From assembly GCA_902525915.1 (NCBI GenBank), contig CABZJF010000005.1:25713-89712 (forward strand): a DNA stretch of 64,000 bases. Reading direction: 5' to 3'. Source of the DNA: Paracoccaceae bacterium. GTDB lineage: Bacteria; Pseudomonadota; Alphaproteobacteria; Rhodobacterales; Rhodobacteraceae. The notes under the pieces were generated by a model. It did no database searches. It was not told the DNA's origin and saw only the letters and a list, made by a program, of their open reading frames with translations. The number at the start of each line of letters is the position of its first letter. The first letter of the stretch is position 1. This document shows positions 10,691-22,707 of the stretch, one piece after another. The translations under genes and the position numbers were made by a program.

Positions 10691-11086
10691 TTACATAATG
10701 TTTCTTGGGAATATCGAGTTTATTATTTTTAATAATCCATTTGTATCATCACCATTAAACGCTGCTGGCAGATCGCTGTCTATATCCAGCATAGATATTA
10801 AGCCTTTTACACCATTAAAAACTGGCACGACAAGCTCTGACTTTGTAGTTGGAGAGCAAGCTATATGGTTCTGCACAGAGCTTATATCATTTATTAAGTG
10901 AGGCTTTTCTGTTGATGCAACTTGTCCGCATATGCCACGATTAAATGGAATACGCAAACAACAGTGGAAACCCTGGTAGGGGCCAATCTTTAAAACTTTT
11001 GGCTCTGTAACTCTGTAAAATCCAGTCCAATCAAACCGATCATCAAAATTATGAAGTTCACATACAAATCTAGCCATTAAGGCCAC
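10691..11086 (-). CDS. GAF-domain protein, free Met-(R)-sulfoxide reductase (MsrC/YebR)-like; reading frame stays open upstream to at least 11146
   Basis: DWTGFY, IGPYQG, GICG, HIACS, SELVVPV, LDIDS. Confidence 0.85.
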   Translation of the reverse strand: MALMARFVCELHNFDDRFDWTGFYRVTEPKVLKIGPYQGFHCCLRIPFNRGICGQVASTEKPHLINDISSVQNHIACSPTTKSELVVPVFNGVKGLISMLDIDSDLPAAFNGDDTNGLLKIINSIFPRNIM

Positions 11087-11228
11087 ACTATTAGTCTCAG
11101 CTTTGCATAACTCTAAAATTCTTGCTAATGCGTCTTCATAAACAATGCGTCTGCTAAATATAAATTACCGTAACGATTTTAACGACTATACTTCAAAAAT
11201 AATTGCGACGAACTAATGTAATTTACCA

Positions 11229-11561
11229 TTAATTAAGATGAAAATATAAAGGGTAGTGTCCATCCTTAAAGGGTCCAAATAGATCGCGTACATCAGGATG
11301 TTCAACCGGCTCACCAGATGGATCCTCAATCAAATTCTGCTCTGACACATACGCGACATAAAATGTATTCTCATTTTCAGCAAGTAAGTGATAAAATGGC
11401 TGTTCTTTGGATGGGCGACCATCTTCTGGTAGATTTTCGTACCATTCATCGGAGTTATTAAATTCCGGATCAACGTCAAATACAACCCCACGAAAGGGGT
11501 GCTTTTTATGCCGAACTACCTGGCCAAGATGATATTTAGCAAATTTAGTAAACATAGTCAT
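11229..11561 (-). CDS. hspQ: Heat shock protein HspQ (YccV-like)
   Basis: GQVVRH..HPFRGVVFDVDPEF; QPFYHLLAEN; AYVSEQNL. Confidence 0.93.
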   Translation of the reverse strand: MTMFTKFAKYHLGQVVRHKKHPFRGVVFDVDPEFNNSDEWYENLPEDGRPSKEQPFYHLLAENENTFYVAYVSEQNLIEDPSGEPVEHPDVRDLFGPFKDGHYPLYFHLN

Positions 11562-11763
11562 AAGCCCTAACTCTGAAAGTGTTGGCTTTCAAGAGATTTT
11601 TCGATTGATAAAATTATCATTTGTTGAATTCATCAAACGGGTACGAATAAAAAAACTTATAAAACAAGATACTTTTTAGGTTTTAGGTATTTTATTTCAG
11701 TTTATTTTTTACATTACAGAATTTTTTATCTATCTATTGGGTATAAATAAAAAGCGAGGGGCA

Positions 11764-12348
11764 ATGAGCACAATTCTTCGCTCTATTTTAATACTTTGTT
11801 TTGTCTTTTCCTGTAGCTTTGGCAACTTTAGGAAGCCAATAGACTATGACAATGCATGCTCAATTCTAGCCGGCAAACGACATTATTACAGAGCCTTCAA
11901 GAATACAAATCGTAAATGGGGAGTCCCAATACATGTTCAAATGGCAGTGATATATTATGAAAGTAGTTTTCAAAATCGAGCAAAAACTCCAATGCGGTAT
12001 TTTTTAGGGATTATACCATTGGGGCGTGAGAGTTCTGCGTTTGGATACGCCCAGGCACTTGATGGTACATGGACTGACTACAAAAAAGCTACTGGCCGCT
12101 CTATTGCGAGGAGGAGCAGCATAAGAGACTCTGCAGATTTCATGGGCTGGTACATGACCAAAACAAGAAAATTAACAGGTGTCTCACTTAGTGACGCAAA
12201 AAACCAATACCTTGCATATCACGAAGGCCAGGTAGGATACCTAAAGGGTTCTTACAAAAGAAAGCAATGGTTGATCAACAAGGCAAACAATGTTGGCAAT
12301 CGAAGTTCAAAATATAAAAGACAACTTTCAAGTTGTATCAGGACTTGA
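11764..12348 (+). CDS. Lipoprotein with lytic transglycosylase SLT-like domain
   Basis: RBS GAGGGG before ATG 11764; lipobox-like FSC; IYYESSF catalytic Glu; SSAFGYAQALDGTW; YLAYHEG. Confidence 0.85.
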   Translation: MSTILRSILILCFVFSCSFGNFRKPIDYDNACSILAGKRHYYRAFKNTNRKWGVPIHVQMAVIYYESSFQNRAKTPMRYFLGIIPLGRESSAFGYAQALDGTWTDYKKATGRSIARRSSIRDSADFMGWYMTKTRKLTGVSLSDAKNQYLAYHEGQVGYLKGSYKRKQWLINKANNVGNRSSKYKRQLSSCIRT

Positions 12349-12353
12349 AGAAA

Positions 12354-12959
12354 TTAATTTCTTCGGCGCTCTATTTCCAGTTGAATATTAAATTGCATCT
12401 CACCTAGAGAAATATTCTCTTCGTATCGCTCAATACTCATCAAAGTAGCGCTGCCACTGTCGTCTTGTATAATCCAGCGGCTAAGAACAGGCTTTTTACC
12501 AGCAAAAATTAATTTAATATATCCTCGCTCTGGGTGTTTAGGATCATATAATGAGAGCGACGTCTCACCTTGATTAAAATCATGCGAAAGAATGTTAGAG
12601 GAACCAACAAAGTTTATCGAATTCTCAAGAACTAATGAAAATGGAGTAACATTCAAAGGAAAAGATGTTGGCTCCGGGTCTCCTTTTGGATCAAAAATTG
12701 CTAGCTGACCACCGGATCCAAGTATCAGCAAGTCTTCTGGTTCTTCATAATCTATTCTTAATCTTCCTGGCTTTTTTATTAGGATAACACCCTTTGCTTC
12801 AGAACCATCATCGGATAACTGACGAAAATCGGCTTGAAAAGTATCAAGTTTGTTGAAGTAATTAGATAACTCAGCTAACGAAAATTTTTCAGCACTCGCA
12901 GGTTTCATCCCCAATAGCCAGATACAAAGAAAACTTGCGACAAATCTGATTAACTTCAT
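12354..12959 (-). CDS. lolA: Outer-membrane lipoprotein carrier protein LolA
   Basis: Signal peptide; ADFRQ...G...IKKPGRLRIDY; downstream of ftsK. Confidence 0.85.
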   Translation of the reverse strand: MKLIRFVASFLCIWLLGMKPASAEKFSLAELSNYFNKLDTFQADFRQLSDDGSEAKGVILIKKPGRLRIDYEEPEDLLILGSGGQLAIFDPKGDPEPTSFPLNVTPFSLVLENSINFVGSSNILSHDFNQGETSLSLYDPKHPERGYIKLIFAGKKPVLSRWIIQDDSGSATLMSIERYEENISLGEMQFNIQLEIERRRN

Positions 12960-13017
12960 AAAAATAATCTAACCATCATGATATCTGAAAATTTTTCATT
13001 TTAGAACCCAAAGTAGA

Positions 13018-15747
13018 TCATTGTTCTGGAACTAAAATTTCTCGCTTACCGACATGATTAGCGGTCGAAACTAAACCTTGCTCTTCCATCTGTTCTACTA
13101 ACCTAGCAGCTTTGTTATATCCAATAGAAAGTTTACGCTGTATATAACTGGTAGAACATTTACGGTCCCTCAGCACGATCGATACGGCCTCATCGTAAAT
13201 TGTATCTTCGCCATCTGTATTTCCGCCAAGTCCAAGCACCATATCAATGCCATCAGCTTTTTCCTCATCAGGTCCATCGATAACTCCCGACATATAGTTT
13301 GGCGGGCCAAAAGCCTTTAGATGTCTAACAACTTCCTCAACCTCTTCATCGCTCACAAATGGGCCATGGCACCGAGTAATCTTTGACCCCCCAGCCATAT
13401 AAAGCATATCCCCCATTCCCAGTAATTGCTCTGCACCCATTTCTCCAAGAATTGTTCGACTATCAATCTTCGATGTAACTTGAAAAGAAATACGCGTTGG
13501 AAAATTAGCCTTCACCGTTCCAGTTATTACATCAACCGATGGTCGTTGCGTGGCCATAATTATATGAATTCCCGAAGCACGTGCCATTTGAGCTAGCCGC
13601 TGAATACATGCTTCAATTTCCTTACCTGCAACCATCATAAGATCAGCCATTTCATCTACGACGACTACGATATATGGCATCTTTTCAGGTTCAAACTCTT
13701 CAGTTTCAAAAATCGGATCGCCAGTTTCTTCATCAAAGCCAGTTTGTATTGTGCGAGAAAAATTCTCATTTTTCATCAAAGCATCTGAAACCCTGCTATT
13801 AAACCCATCAATGTTTCGAACGCCCATTTTTGACATTCTGCGATATCGCTCCTCCATTTCACCAACCACCCACTTAAGGGCTACAACTGCTTTTTTGGGA
13901 TCAGTAACGACTGGGCTTAAAAGATGTGGTATCCCATCATAAACACTTAATTCTAGCATTTTAGGATCAATCATTATCATCCTACACTCTTCAGGCGTAA
14001 GTTTATATAGAAGAGAAAGTATCATTGTATTTATTGCTACTGATTTTCCAGAACCAGTCGTTCCGGCAATCAAAAGATGAGGCATCTTGGCTAAATTGGC
14101 TACTACTGGTTCACCACCAATGTCTTTTCCGAGGGCAAGAGGAAGTTTTTGATTACCGTCACCGAAAGCTCTGCTTGAGAAAATTTCGCGGAGCACAACT
14201 TTTTCTCTATCTTCATTTGGTAATTCTATTCCAATAACAGACCTTCCAGGTACTGTAGAAACCCTTGCTGCAAGCGCGGACATTGATCGAGCGATATCGT
14301 CTGCCAAACCAATAACGCGGCTTGCCTTCAATCCTGGGGCCGGCTCTAATTCATACATTGTGACTACTGGCCCTGGCCGCACACTAACAATTTCACCTTT
14401 GATCCCATAATCATCCAGTACCGCTTCCAAGAGCCTTGCATTTTCCTCTAGAGCTTCATCTGAAAGATATGTTCTTTTAATTTCCACAGGCGTTGCTAAT
14501 AAGTTCAAAGGTGGTAATTCGAATTCCACTTTTCCATCATCGAAGTTTAATCTTGGCTCTGCCTCTTCTATTGCACGCTTTGATCTTTTAAATGTTTTTG
14601 AAATTGGCGCATGGACAAGCTTCTTGGCCTCTAATTTTGGCAGACTGAGGCTATCAATTGAGTATCCAGAGTTGAATTCTTGCTCAACTTCCTCTGGATC
14701 TTCGCAACTTCCCTCATTAAATTCTTCCTGGTGAAACTGACTATCACTTGAGACTGGCGGTTCTAAACGATCTAAACTAGAGTGATAAGTCGAAACAAAC
14801 GTGTCCTCGACTTTCTGTTGACCATATTCTTCATAAGCATCGGTCACTTTACTCGTAACCGGAGGGGTGCGATCCCGGATTATTGAAGTTATTTTATTCC
14901 TTATGCGGTCACCTCTTTCGTGAGTATCATTATCAATCATTGGCTCCTCTCGAACTAATTGAGAAGTTTCTTTACCGATAGACGGTTTCAAGATAAAAAG
15001 AATTCTACTAAACAACCCTCCCGTTTTTTGGGTACTTATGTTGTCTTGATCATGGTTCCTCTGCATGGATGAACTCTTTCTTGAGATAAACAGAAAAGGG
15101 ATCCTCGCGACCAAAGCAAAGATATGAATATAAAACAAAAAAGAGCCTTTAAGCAAAAATTTGGAAATCCCACTCACTTCTTTCCTCGAAAATCCAGATA
15201 CGAATAGAAGCGTTAAAAGCGAAATAACGGACATCATTAACGTTATCATATTTACCCATGTAGTAGAAACTTCGGGTAACGATTTTAGTATCACACCAAC
15301 TGACATCTCTCCAAATAGGCCGCCTAATCCAAACTTGTGTATCCATGTACTATTCGGGACGAGAGTGGCAAAAAAAGCAGAAGAAAATGCCATTGCCACA
15401 GGAAAAAAGATCATCCTAGTAATAGCTCTCTCGACACCACTGTGGCATACAAACCTTACCCCCCAAATTAGAAGAAAAACTGGCAAAGTAAAACTACCCC
15501 AACCTAAAATAAGTATTAACGGGGCAGCTATTGATGAGCCAATTACGCCTAGTATATTTTGAGTAGGTTCATCGCTAATAGACCAGAAACTTCTGTCGTT
15601 AGGAGAGTAAGTCCATAGCAGCAAGAATATGCCAATACTAATCGCAATAAGTATTAACCCCAGTATTTCTGTTCCACGCCTCTGCAAAGCTTCTTTCAAA
15701 CTATTATCTATCAAAGGACTGCGACTAGGCGCCTGATTGTATGCCAT
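13018..15747 (-). CDS. ftsK: DNA translocase FtsK
   Basis: N-terminal TM domain, [24 protein letters not shown], gamma domain [17 protein letters not shown]. Confidence 0.97.
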   Translation of the reverse strand: MAYNQAPSRSPLIDNSLKEALQRRGTEILGLILIAISIGIFLLLWTYSPNDRSFWSISDEPTQNILGVIGSSIAAPLILILGWGSFTLPVFLLIWGVRFVCHSGVERAITRMIFFPVAMAFSSAFFATLVPNSTWIHKFGLGGLFGEMSVGVILKSLPEVSTTWVNMITLMMSVISLLTLLFVSGFSRKEVSGISKFLLKGSFLFYIHIFALVARIPFLFISRKSSSMQRNHDQDNISTQKTGGLFSRILFILKPSIGKETSQLVREEPMIDNDTHERGDRIRNKITSIIRDRTPPVTSKVTDAYEEYGQQKVEDTFVSTYHSSLDRLEPPVSSDSQFHQEEFNEGSCEDPEEVEQEFNSGYSIDSLSLPKLEAKKLVHAPISKTFKRSKRAIEEAEPRLNFDDGKVEFELPPLNLLATPVEIKRTYLSDEALEENARLLEAVLDDYGIKGEIVSVRPGPVVTMYELEPAPGLKASRVIGLADDIARSMSALAARVSTVPGRSVIGIELPNEDREKVVLREIFSSRAFGDGNQKLPLALGKDIGGEPVVANLAKMPHLLIAGTTGSGKSVAINTMILSLLYKLTPEECRMIMIDPKMLELSVYDGIPHLLSPVVTDPKKAVVALKWVVGEMEERYRRMSKMGVRNIDGFNSRVSDALMKNENFSRTIQTGFDEETGDPIFETEEFEPEKMPYIVVVVDEMADLMMVAGKEIEACIQRLAQMARASGIHIIMATQRPSVDVITGTVKANFPTRISFQVTSKIDSRTILGEMGAEQLLGMGDMLYMAGGSKITRCHGPFVSDEEVEEVVRHLKAFGPPNYMSGVIDGPDEEKADGIDMVLGLGGNTDGEDTIYDEAVSIVLRDRKCSTSYIQRKLSIGYNKAARLVEQMEEQGLVSTANHVGKREILVPEQ

Positions 15748-15755
15748 TTTTGTAC

Positions 15756-16943
15756 CTATACTTGTTTTTCACGAAGAAACTCTCTTATTTTCGATAGACC
15801 GCGCTTAGTTTCTTCTAGCTCTGAAACCATTGCTACTCTTATAAATTGATCTCCTGGGCTTTGACCGTTAAAATCTTTAGCCAAATACCTACCAGGCAAA
15901 ACTCGTACTCCGCAATTTTGCCAAAGCTCTAATGCTACTTTCTCACCATCACCGACATTTACCCAAAGAAAAAACCCTGCTTCTGGGCTAAAATATCCAT
16001 CAAAACCATCAAAAATTTGATCGGCAATTTTATATTTTTTCTCATAAATTTTACGATTTTTAACAACATGTTCTTCATCACTCCAAACTGATGCAGAAAC
16101 GTGCTGCAAGGGCTCTGGAATAGGTGCGCCAGAATAAGCTTTTAGTTGCTTCATTTGTTTTATATTTTTTTCGCCAGATGCTGCGAAACCCGATCTTAAA
16201 CCTGGCAGGTTCGAACGCTTAGATAGCGAATGGAAAGTAACCACCCTATTAGGATCAGCGCCTAATTTTTCTGAAACTTGCATTACCCCTGGGGGAGGAG
16301 CGTAACGATAAATTTCGCTATAACATTCATCTGCAAATATTATGAAATCATATTTTTCAGCCAACTCAATCAATGCAGTTAGATAATCCACTGTAGCGAC
16401 TGCACCCTGGGGATTAGATGGTGAACAAATATATGCAGCTGACGTTTTATTGAGTATATCCGCTTTTAAGCCAAAGTAATCTGGGAGATGCCCACTCTGC
16501 TCATCTGTTGAAATAAAAAGCGGCTCTGAATTCACGGACAAAGCCGAAATCATATAAACCTGATAGAATGGATTTGGTATGAGGATGAAAGGCTGGCTGT
16601 CGCTTAATTTATCAGGGCACAAAGCCATACTCACATTATATAGACCCTCACGAGTACCGTTTACTGGTAAAATATTTTTATCAGAGGAGAGTGCAACACC
16701 AAAACGCTTATAAAACCAATCAACTATAGATGTTTGAAGTATTTCAATGCCATCATTTGCTGGATATCGATTAAATCCATCAATATGATCTAAAAGCACG
16801 TCTTTAATCCAGAGTGGATAGAGATGCTGTGGTTCACCAATAGTCATATTATACTGCGGACCAACGAAATTATGCCCATCTAAAAGAGCACGTAAACGCG
16901 GAAACGCATATTCCGGGAGGTGTGAAAACCGCTCGGGGTACAT
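15756..16943 (-). CDS. Class I/II PLP aminotransferase (DapC-like)
   Basis: [43 protein letters not shown]. Confidence 0.88.
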   Translation of the reverse strand: MYPERFSHLPEYAFPRLRALLDGHNFVGPQYNMTIGEPQHLYPLWIKDVLLDHIDGFNRYPANDGIEILQTSIVDWFYKRFGVALSSDKNILPVNGTREGLYNVSMALCPDKLSDSQPFILIPNPFYQVYMISALSVNSEPLFISTDEQSGHLPDYFGLKADILNKTSAAYICSPSNPQGAVATVDYLTALIELAEKYDFIIFADECYSEIYRYAPPPGVMQVSEKLGADPNRVVTFHSLSKRSNLPGLRSGFAASGEKNIKQMKQLKAYSGAPIPEPLQHVSASVWSDEEHVVKNRKIYEKKYKIADQIFDGFDGYFSPEAGFFLWVNVGDGEKVALELWQNCGVRVLPGRYLAKDFNGQSPGDQFIRVAMVSELEETKRGLSKIREFLREKQV

Positions 16944-17063
16944 ATAAACTTTGCCTCAATTTTTGGGTCTTACGCCCGTTTATAAAAATACTCTAACTCA
17001 CACTGTGCGCTACGTCCATAATAACCACATTAAAATTAACAAATTGTGACGGTAAAGGCTCAA

Positions 17064-18067
17064 TTACTTTAGGATTGCCATTTCAACTGCTTTGCCGAGT
17101 CTTAATAGTTTTTCTTCCCTATTAGGCAGGGCCATTATAGATAATCCACAACTATTATAGTTTGCGGGAATTGTGAAAGAACAAATCCCCATTAGGTTAC
17201 CAATACTAGTATTTCTGAGAGCCAGAAGATTCTGAGAGACATAGTAGCCATTAGCTGATTCCAATCTTTTCAAATTTGGCGGCATAATAGAAAAAGTTGG
17301 CAAGATGACCCCATCAAACTCTGAACATTTCGCGGCATATTGCTTTTTGAACATTTCTAAATCCCTCATCGCTTTTAAATATTCAGAGGCTAGCACGTCT
17401 TTGCCGCCACGAAATCTTTGGAGGCTTTCACCATACATAAGCTCAGGCCTCTATTTTATCTTTCCATTCAGCGTAAGCTTCCGAGGGATATACCAAACTG
17501 GAGAGCGCCAAAGCGCTTTCCACCCCACCTATTTCAATTTCTTTAATCTTAAAACCAAAATTTGATAATGCTTTCACTGATGCTTCGAAAGCGAGTGCTG
17601 GCTTTTGCTGCAAAGCATTAAGTGCTGTGCCTTTCAGTATTGCCAACCTGCCCCTTTCAATTGATCTGTACTCTAGATCAATAGGTTTGTTTGTAGTAAT
17701 GACCGAAAATAATTGCGCGGCATCGTCTAATGTTTTGACTATCGGTCCGATAGTGTCAAAGCTTCTACAAAGGAACGATGCCTTCCATGATAACCTTCCT
17801 AAGGTAGTTTTTAAACCAACTAAATCATTCCATGCTGCTGGGAACGCCATCTAATGGCCCCATGCGTAACCCTAATTTTTGCCTTTTTCGTACATCCACC
17901 GCCTCGCCAAATGCCCGTTCTTTGGTAACCTCTACATAAATTCGTTCGGCTAAAGTGCTTTTTTGTATAGCATCAAAGTAAGCCTCAAGTACCTCCACAG
18001 GATAAGTAAGATCATTTTCAACCGCTTCTCCCAGTTCAGAAGCACTCATTTTTAAAGGATCAGCCAT
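17064..18067 (-). pseudogene. Amidase-signature family pseudogene (large internal deletion plus frameshifts)
   Basis: Three ORF fragments; N-terminal ...GPLDGVP is joined out of frame to PAAWNDLVGLKTT; the K..GGSS.G..GSDTGGS core is absent. Confidence 0.9.
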
Positions 18068-18140
18068 TTTCTTATCGTTCTTAAAAATTAGCGGCAATCC
18101 AACTCATGGACAAATCAAATCTAAATGTCATTATTGAGCT

Positions 18141-19355
18141 ATGGCAATAGATAGTGATATTATAATTATTGGCGGGGGTTTAAACGGTTCATTGATGGCA
18201 ATCGTCGCTGCAAAGTTCGGTTTCTCCTCAATAGTTTTAGATTCGAAAGAGAACGACACTAGAAGGGAAAATCATTTTGATGGCAGAAGCTACGCGTTAG
18301 CCTTGAGTTCTATTCGTTTGCTTAAAAATATTGATCTTTTTGATGATATACGAGACAACTCACAGCCTATTTTGGATATCAAAATTCTAGATGGGAAACT
18401 AGTCCAAGGACCGTCTCAATTTAGTTTACATTTTGATAATAATGAGATCCACGATGGCCCCATGGGCCAAATGGTGGAAGACAGATTTATTCGCAACGCA
18501 CTGTTTGCTAAGATTTACGAAAGTGATCAAATAGACTACAAATTTGCTTCTGAAGTGATGGAGCACAAACAAGAGAAGGGCTACATAAGCGTAACGCTAA
18601 GAAATGGTAATAGACTTAATACAAGGCTTGTAGTTGGGGCTGACGGGAAAAACAGTGAACTAGCAAGACGAGCAGGCATTAAGAAGACAGGTTGGAAATA
18701 TAATCAAACTGCACTTGTCTGTGCTATCGAACATGAGATTGAACATAACGGATTGGCATGGCAATATTTTTTACCTAATGGACCCCTCGCTGTTCTGCCA
18801 ATGAAAGGTAAGCGTTCATCTGTAGTTTGGACTGAACAGAATATTTATGCAAAAGCAGTTAATTCTTATGAAAAAACTAAATATACAAATATACTAGAAG
18901 CACGTCTTGGTAATTTCCTGGGAAAATTTGAAATCATAGGTGACCGGCACTCATATCCACTTGAGTTGAAAATAGCAGATCATTTTGTTGATGAAAGATT
19001 GGCATTGGTTGGAGATGCTGCTCATAGCATACATCCTATAGCTGGTCAGGGTTTGAATGCAGGTTTCAAGGATATTGCCGTTCTAGCCCAAATAATCGAG
19101 GATGCTTTTCTTCGGGGAGAGGATTTTGGAAGTATAGGAGTTCTTAAGCGTTATGAAGAATGGCGGCGGTTCGACAGCGTTCAACTCGCGTACAGTACTG
19201 ACTTGTTTAACAAGTTATTTTCCAATGAAAATGAAGCCCTTCGCCTAGTGCGCAATATCGGAATAAAAATACTGGACAGCATTCCAATTGCTAAGCAAAA
19301 AATCATTAAAGAGGCCGCAGGTGTAACGGGAGAGTTGCCCCGTTTAATGCATTAA
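18141..19355 (+). CDS. UbiH/UbiF/COQ6-family ubiquinone biosynthesis hydroxylase
   Basis: [33 protein letters not shown]. Confidence 0.92.
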   Translation: MAIDSDIIIIGGGLNGSLMAIVAAKFGFSSIVLDSKENDTRRENHFDGRSYALALSSIRLLKNIDLFDDIRDNSQPILDIKILDGKLVQGPSQFSLHFDNNEIHDGPMGQMVEDRFIRNALFAKIYESDQIDYKFASEVMEHKQEKGYISVTLRNGNRLNTRLVVGADGKNSELARRAGIKKTGWKYNQTALVCAIEHEIEHNGLAWQYFLPNGPLAVLPMKGKRSSVVWTEQNIYAKAVNSYEKTKYTNILEARLGNFLGKFEIIGDRHSYPLELKIADHFVDERLALVGDAAHSIHPIAGQGLNAGFKDIAVLAQIIEDAFLRGEDFGSIGVLKRYEEWRRFDSVQLAYSTDLFNKLFSNENEALRLVRNIGIKILDSIPIAKQKIIKEAAGVTGELPRLMH

Positions 19356-19561
19356 GCTTTGTTAATAGTCCTAGCTGCATCGACCAACATTATTGGTATA
19401 CCATCTCGAATTGGGAAGGCCAAACCAGCCTTGCTAGATATGAGCTCTTGATTTTCCAAGTTATATTCTAATAACGAATGGGTAACGGGACACACTAAGG
19501 CTTCAAGCATTGATGGGGCAAACCTTTGATCGACTTCAGTTTTGTTGTTCGACTTCTTCAC
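19352..19561 (-). CDS. Trm112/YcaR family protein
   Basis: LEALVCPVT...[12 protein letters not shown]. Confidence 0.9.
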   Translation of the reverse strand: MKKSNNKTEVDQRFAPSMLEALVCPVTHSLLEYNLENQELISSKAGLAFPIRDGIPIMLVDAARTINKA

Positions 19562-20205
19562 TGTAAAATTTCCTCACTTGAGCCACCTCTCAAGTTGTAT
19601 TCAATTAAAGTAACCAAAGTTTCACGCCGAGTAACCAAAGATGGGGCTTCTAATAAGGCCTGCTTTTCCTCTATTTCAAAATCAAGCATCATTGAGAGCG
19701 CGTTTATAAGTAATTCGTCGTCAGCGTCTCTCAGGGACTCCCAATCGGTAGATAGCCCCCGCCGTTTTAAATATTTCGACAAAAGGTCAAAAAAGAATTT
19801 CCTATCTAACTTTGGATCCTTTTCAGTGGTACCATGATCCTGATCAAAACCATGCCAATCAACTTTAAATTTACGATAGGGATGAAACCCCTCGATCTCA
19901 CCACCAATCCTATACCGAGAAACACCAGTAATAGTGATCATGTAACGTCCATCTTCCGTCTCAGAAAATTGGGTTAATTTGCCAGCACAACCAATAGCAC
20001 TCAGGCGCTCCTTTCCCTCATGCTCACTGGGTTGGATCATTCCCAGGAGGCGATGGGAAGTCTTCATCACATCTTCGATCATTGCGAGATACCTTGGCTC
20101 AAAAATGTGTAACGGCAACCTCGCCCGGGGAAGCAATAGAGCTCTAGGTAGCGGAAAGACTGGTAAAACTTCAGGCAATTCAGTATTTTTACTCATAAAA
20201 TTCAT
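19558..20205 (-). CDS. LON peptidase substrate-binding domain protein
   Basis: PVFPL..ALLLP...[10 protein letters not shown]; EKQALLEA. Confidence 0.9.
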   Translation of the reverse strand: MNFMSKNTELPEVLPVFPLPRALLLPRARLPLHIFEPRYLAMIEDVMKTSHRLLGMIQPSEHEGKERLSAIGCAGKLTQFSETEDGRYMITITGVSRYRIGGEIEGFHPYRKFKVDWHGFDQDHGTTEKDPKLDRKFFFDLLSKYLKRRGLSTDWESLRDADDELLINALSMMLDFEIEEKQALLEAPSLVTRRETLVTLIEYNLRGGSSEEILQ

Positions 20206-20222
20206 TTAGCCCAATCTAAAAG

Positions 20223-21134
20223 TTAAGCAAATATCATACTGCTTAATTTCCTTCTGCCATTTAACACGATCGGGTCGTTAGCCTCGAGAGCGTCAAATAT
20301 TGTAAATAACTGGACTTTGGCAGCACCATCATTCCAATCTGGATCTCTGCGAAAAAGTTCCAGTAATTGAGCGACTGCTTCCTCTAGATTATCAGCAGCA
20401 TAAAGGGCCTGCGAGTATTCGAAGCGTGCTTTGCTATCCGCTGGATCAGAAGAAACTACCGCCTCTAACTCTGCCAATGGGCCTGCATCGAGCGCCTGCC
20501 TTGCTAGGGCAATTTTAGCAAAGACTGCTTCGATGTCTGAACTATCAGAAATTTCTGCAGGAACACCATTAAGAACCGCCTCAGCCCCATCAATATCTTC
20601 AAGAACCAATTTCGCCCTTGCTAATCCGCTATATGCCTTTACGTTTTGATTATCTTCCTCAATTATAGCTGAAAACACTTGTGCCGCATCGCTTGCAGAT
20701 CCCTCTGCAAGCATCTCTTCTGCACTATTTAGGGCTTCAGAAAGTCCCCCACTTACTTCAGCACCAGCGGATTGAACAACCCGAGCCACAAAAGCTTCAA
20801 TTTCGGAATTAGGTACAGCGCCTTGAAAGCCGTCAACTGGTTGGCCATTATGAAACGCATATACAGTTGGAATTGATTGCACTCTCAGCTGACCCGCGAT
20901 TGCTTGATTATCATCAATATTGACCTTCACCATCTTGACCGCGCCTTTAGAGGCCAATACCGCTTTTTCAAGCATTGGTCCCAGTGTTTTACATGGACCA
21001 CACCAGGGTGCCCAAAAATCCACAATTACCGGCACTTCCTGACTGGCTTCAATAACATCCGTCATGAAAGTATCTTCATTTACATCTTCAATTAAGTCGC
21101 CGGCGTTAGATTTATCCGCACCAATTTCTAACAT
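20223..21134 (-). CDS. cnoX: Thioredoxin-TPR chaperedoxin (CnoX/YbbN)
   Basis: WAPWCGPC thioredoxin domain followed by TPR helices; ends GRRKLSSMIFA. Confidence 0.9.
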   Translation of the reverse strand: MLEIGADKSNAGDLIEDVNEDTFMTDVIEASQEVPVIVDFWAPWCGPCKTLGPMLEKAVLASKGAVKMVKVNIDDNQAIAGQLRVQSIPTVYAFHNGQPVDGFQGAVPNSEIEAFVARVVQSAGAEVSGGLSEALNSAEEMLAEGSASDAAQVFSAIIEEDNQNVKAYSGLARAKLVLEDIDGAEAVLNGVPAEISDSSDIEAVFAKIALARQALDAGPLAELEAVVSSDPADSKARFEYSQALYAADNLEEAVAQLLELFRRDPDWNDGAAKVQLFTIFDALEANDPIVLNGRRKLSSMIFA

Positions 21135-21186
21135 TTTTACCTCTTAATAATTATTAATCTCTTATATGGGCCTTTATGATCAAAAA

Positions 21187-21975
21187 TTAAACATCAAAAA
21201 CAACAAATATCGGGGCATGGTCACTTGGCTGTTCCCAACCTCTTACATCGCGTGCAATTATCACTGCACTTACAAAGTTTGAAATATCGGGAGTAGCCCA
21301 AACATGATCAAGTCTCCTTCCTTTATCTGCAGTACTCCAATTCTTTGCACGATATGACCACCAAGAGAAAAGGTTTCCATCAGGAATAAACTGCCTGACA
21401 ACGTCTTCCCACGGTCCTGAGCTTTGGATTTTTTTGAGGTGTTTAATTTCAATTGGCGTGTGGCTAACAACTTTGGATAGTTTCTTGTGATCCCAAACGT
21501 CATCGGGTCTGGGAGCGATATTGAGGTCACCCACTAATATCGATTTTTTAAGATCAAGATTATAAAAATACTTTTCCATAGATGTTAAGTAACTTAATTT
21601 CTGAGAAAATTTTTCATTTGCGTTTGGATCAGGCTCATCACCACCAGCTGGAACATAAAAGTTGTGGACAGTTACACCACTCTCTAATACAACAGCGATA
21701 TGACGAGCTTGACCTAGATTGGCGAAGTCCTCCGAGAAGTTAGCTTTGATGGGTAATTTAGAAAGAATTGCTACACCGTTGTAACCTTTTTGACCTCTTG
21801 CAGCGTAGTAAGCAAACCCAAGCTCTTTAAAGGTTGCAAATGGCATTTTTTCAACCGGGGATTTACATTCCTGTAAGCAAATCAAATCGGGCGAATAATC
21901 AGTTAAATATCTAACAAGTAAATTTTCTCTTAATCGAAAAGAATTTATATTCCATGTTGCTACTTTTAAAACCAC
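21187..21975 (-). CDS. xth: Exodeoxyribonuclease III
   Basis: ATWNINS, LQECK, GYNGVAI, GDLNIAP, RLDH, SDHAP. Confidence 0.94.
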   Translation of the reverse strand: MVLKVATWNINSFRLRENLLVRYLTDYSPDLICLQECKSPVEKMPFATFKELGFAYYAARGQKGYNGVAILSKLPIKANFSEDFANLGQARHIAVVLESGVTVHNFYVPAGGDEPDPNANEKFSQKLSYLTSMEKYFYNLDLKKSILVGDLNIAPRPDDVWDHKKLSKVVSHTPIEIKHLKKIQSSGPWEDVVRQFIPDGNLFSWWSYRAKNWSTADKGRRLDHVWATPDISNFVSAVIIARDVRGWEQPSDHAPIFVVFDV

Positions 21976-22008
21976 TCTACCCCCTAAATCAACGTTGTGG
22001 AAAAACCA

Positions 22009-22707
22009 TTAAAAGGCTTTCTCAGGCAACAACTGGTACCCACCTTTTTTAGTAACAATTAATTCATCGCCAGCAAAACTAACTCTAATCTTTTTGCGAA
22101 GCCGATATATATAGGTTTCCAGTGTGTGCGTTGTTAGGCTTGTAGTATGACTCCAAACCTCATTCAATAAAACCTCTTTGGAAACGATACGATCTCTATA
22201 GCGGTACAAATATTTCAATATATTTGTTTCTTTTTCCGTTAGGTTTACCGTCTGCCCGTTCTGCAGTTTTATTAACTTAGAGCCTGGATAAAACTGGATT
22301 TTGCCTATAGAGATTAATACTTTGGAAGAAAACTCATATTTTGATAACAAGCGTCTAATACATTCTAGTAACGATACGATTTTAAATGGCCGTTTTACGC
22401 AAGCTAAAAGACGCCCTGTATTTTGCGCTTCAAGCTCTGTAATTTCCTCGACTGAACAAGAAAAGATAATTGGCCCAGAAAACCCAACCCGAAAAAGCAA
22501 ATCCAAGAAGTTTTGCACGCTGCCTTTCAGCATTTTGGGGTTTAATATCAATAGATCAAAATGATTATCTTTAAAAAACAAATGAACATCATCACAATTT
22601 TTTGCTGTAGTAATAAAATATTCATCACTTGCCAAAAGTAGTTTCCACAACGCAGACAAAACTATTGCATCATCTTCAATCAATAATAAATTCTTACGCT
22701 GCAACAT
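22009..22707 (-). CDS. OmpR-family response regulator with degenerate receiver domain
   Basis: Winged helix LTEKE..IL.YL...LL.EVW...THTLETYIYRLRKKI; Asn56 at the phosphoacceptor position. Confidence 0.87.
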   Translation of the reverse strand: MLQRKNLLLIEDDAIVLSALWKLLLASDEYFITTAKNCDDVHLFFKDNHFDLLILNPKMLKGSVQNFLDLLFRVGFSGPIIFSCSVEEITELEAQNTGRLLACVKRPFKIVSLLECIRRLLSKYEFSSKVLISIGKIQFYPGSKLIKLQNGQTVNLTEKETNILKYLYRYRDRIVSKEVLLNEVWSHTTSLTTHTLETYIYRLRKKIRVSFAGDELIVTKKGGYQLLPEKAF

